A stretch of 64,000 bases of DNA from Phoronis australis. Taxonomy: Eukaryota > Animalia > Phoronida. The stretch lies in contig NMRA01000376.1 in the NCBI GenBank assembly GCA_002633005.1, forward strand, positions 296,989 through 360,988. The letters run 5' to 3'. The translations under genes were made by a program, and so were the position numbers. Shown here in pieces: positions 63,893 through 64,000 of this stretch. The notes beneath the pieces were generated by a model. That model was not told the origin of the DNA. It made no database searches and was given only the letters and a program-made list of their open reading frames with translations. Within the stretch, counting starts at the first letter, position 1. Every line of letters begins with the position of its first letter.

Positions 63893-64000
63893 TTAAACTG
63901 CAGTTCGCTGTGTTTAGCTGGCTAAATACGAAAATCGAATTAGGCTTTTTAATCTCGTATAATCGGTCTCGTAATATTTCTTGGCGTGATAGGATTATAT
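63893..64000. mobile_element. Left arm of the same family as 36990-37328, truncated by the window end
   Basis: TTAA..TTCGCTGTGTTTAGCTGGC..TACGAAAATCGAATT..AATCGGTCTCGTAAT..CGTGATAGGATT aligns with 36995-37086. Confidence 0.7.

Overview
Eukaryotic (bilaterian invertebrate, plausibly a marine deuterostome; taxon is inference) AT-rich genomic DNA. The one firmly identifiable gene is a multi-exon Iroquois (Irx) TALE-class homeobox gene on the minus strand. Its ATG is at 55316, it has six confidently spliced coding exons down to 39798, its 3' exons are uncertain, and a poly(A) signal lies at about 38475. The left ~34 kb is strongly CpG-depleted and the right ~30 kb is CpG-rich. The switch coincides with a candidate terminal exon and AATAAA of an unrecognised plus-strand gene that would converge on Irx. 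The window also holds many non-autonomous DNA-transposon derivatives (Tc1-like, Harbinger-like, Kolobok-like and foldback MITEs), a frameshifted HIRAN-like domain next to a transposon end, microsatellites and a 7-N assembly gap. No rRNA, tRNA or CRISPR features are supported. Most entries in the ORF track are spurious.
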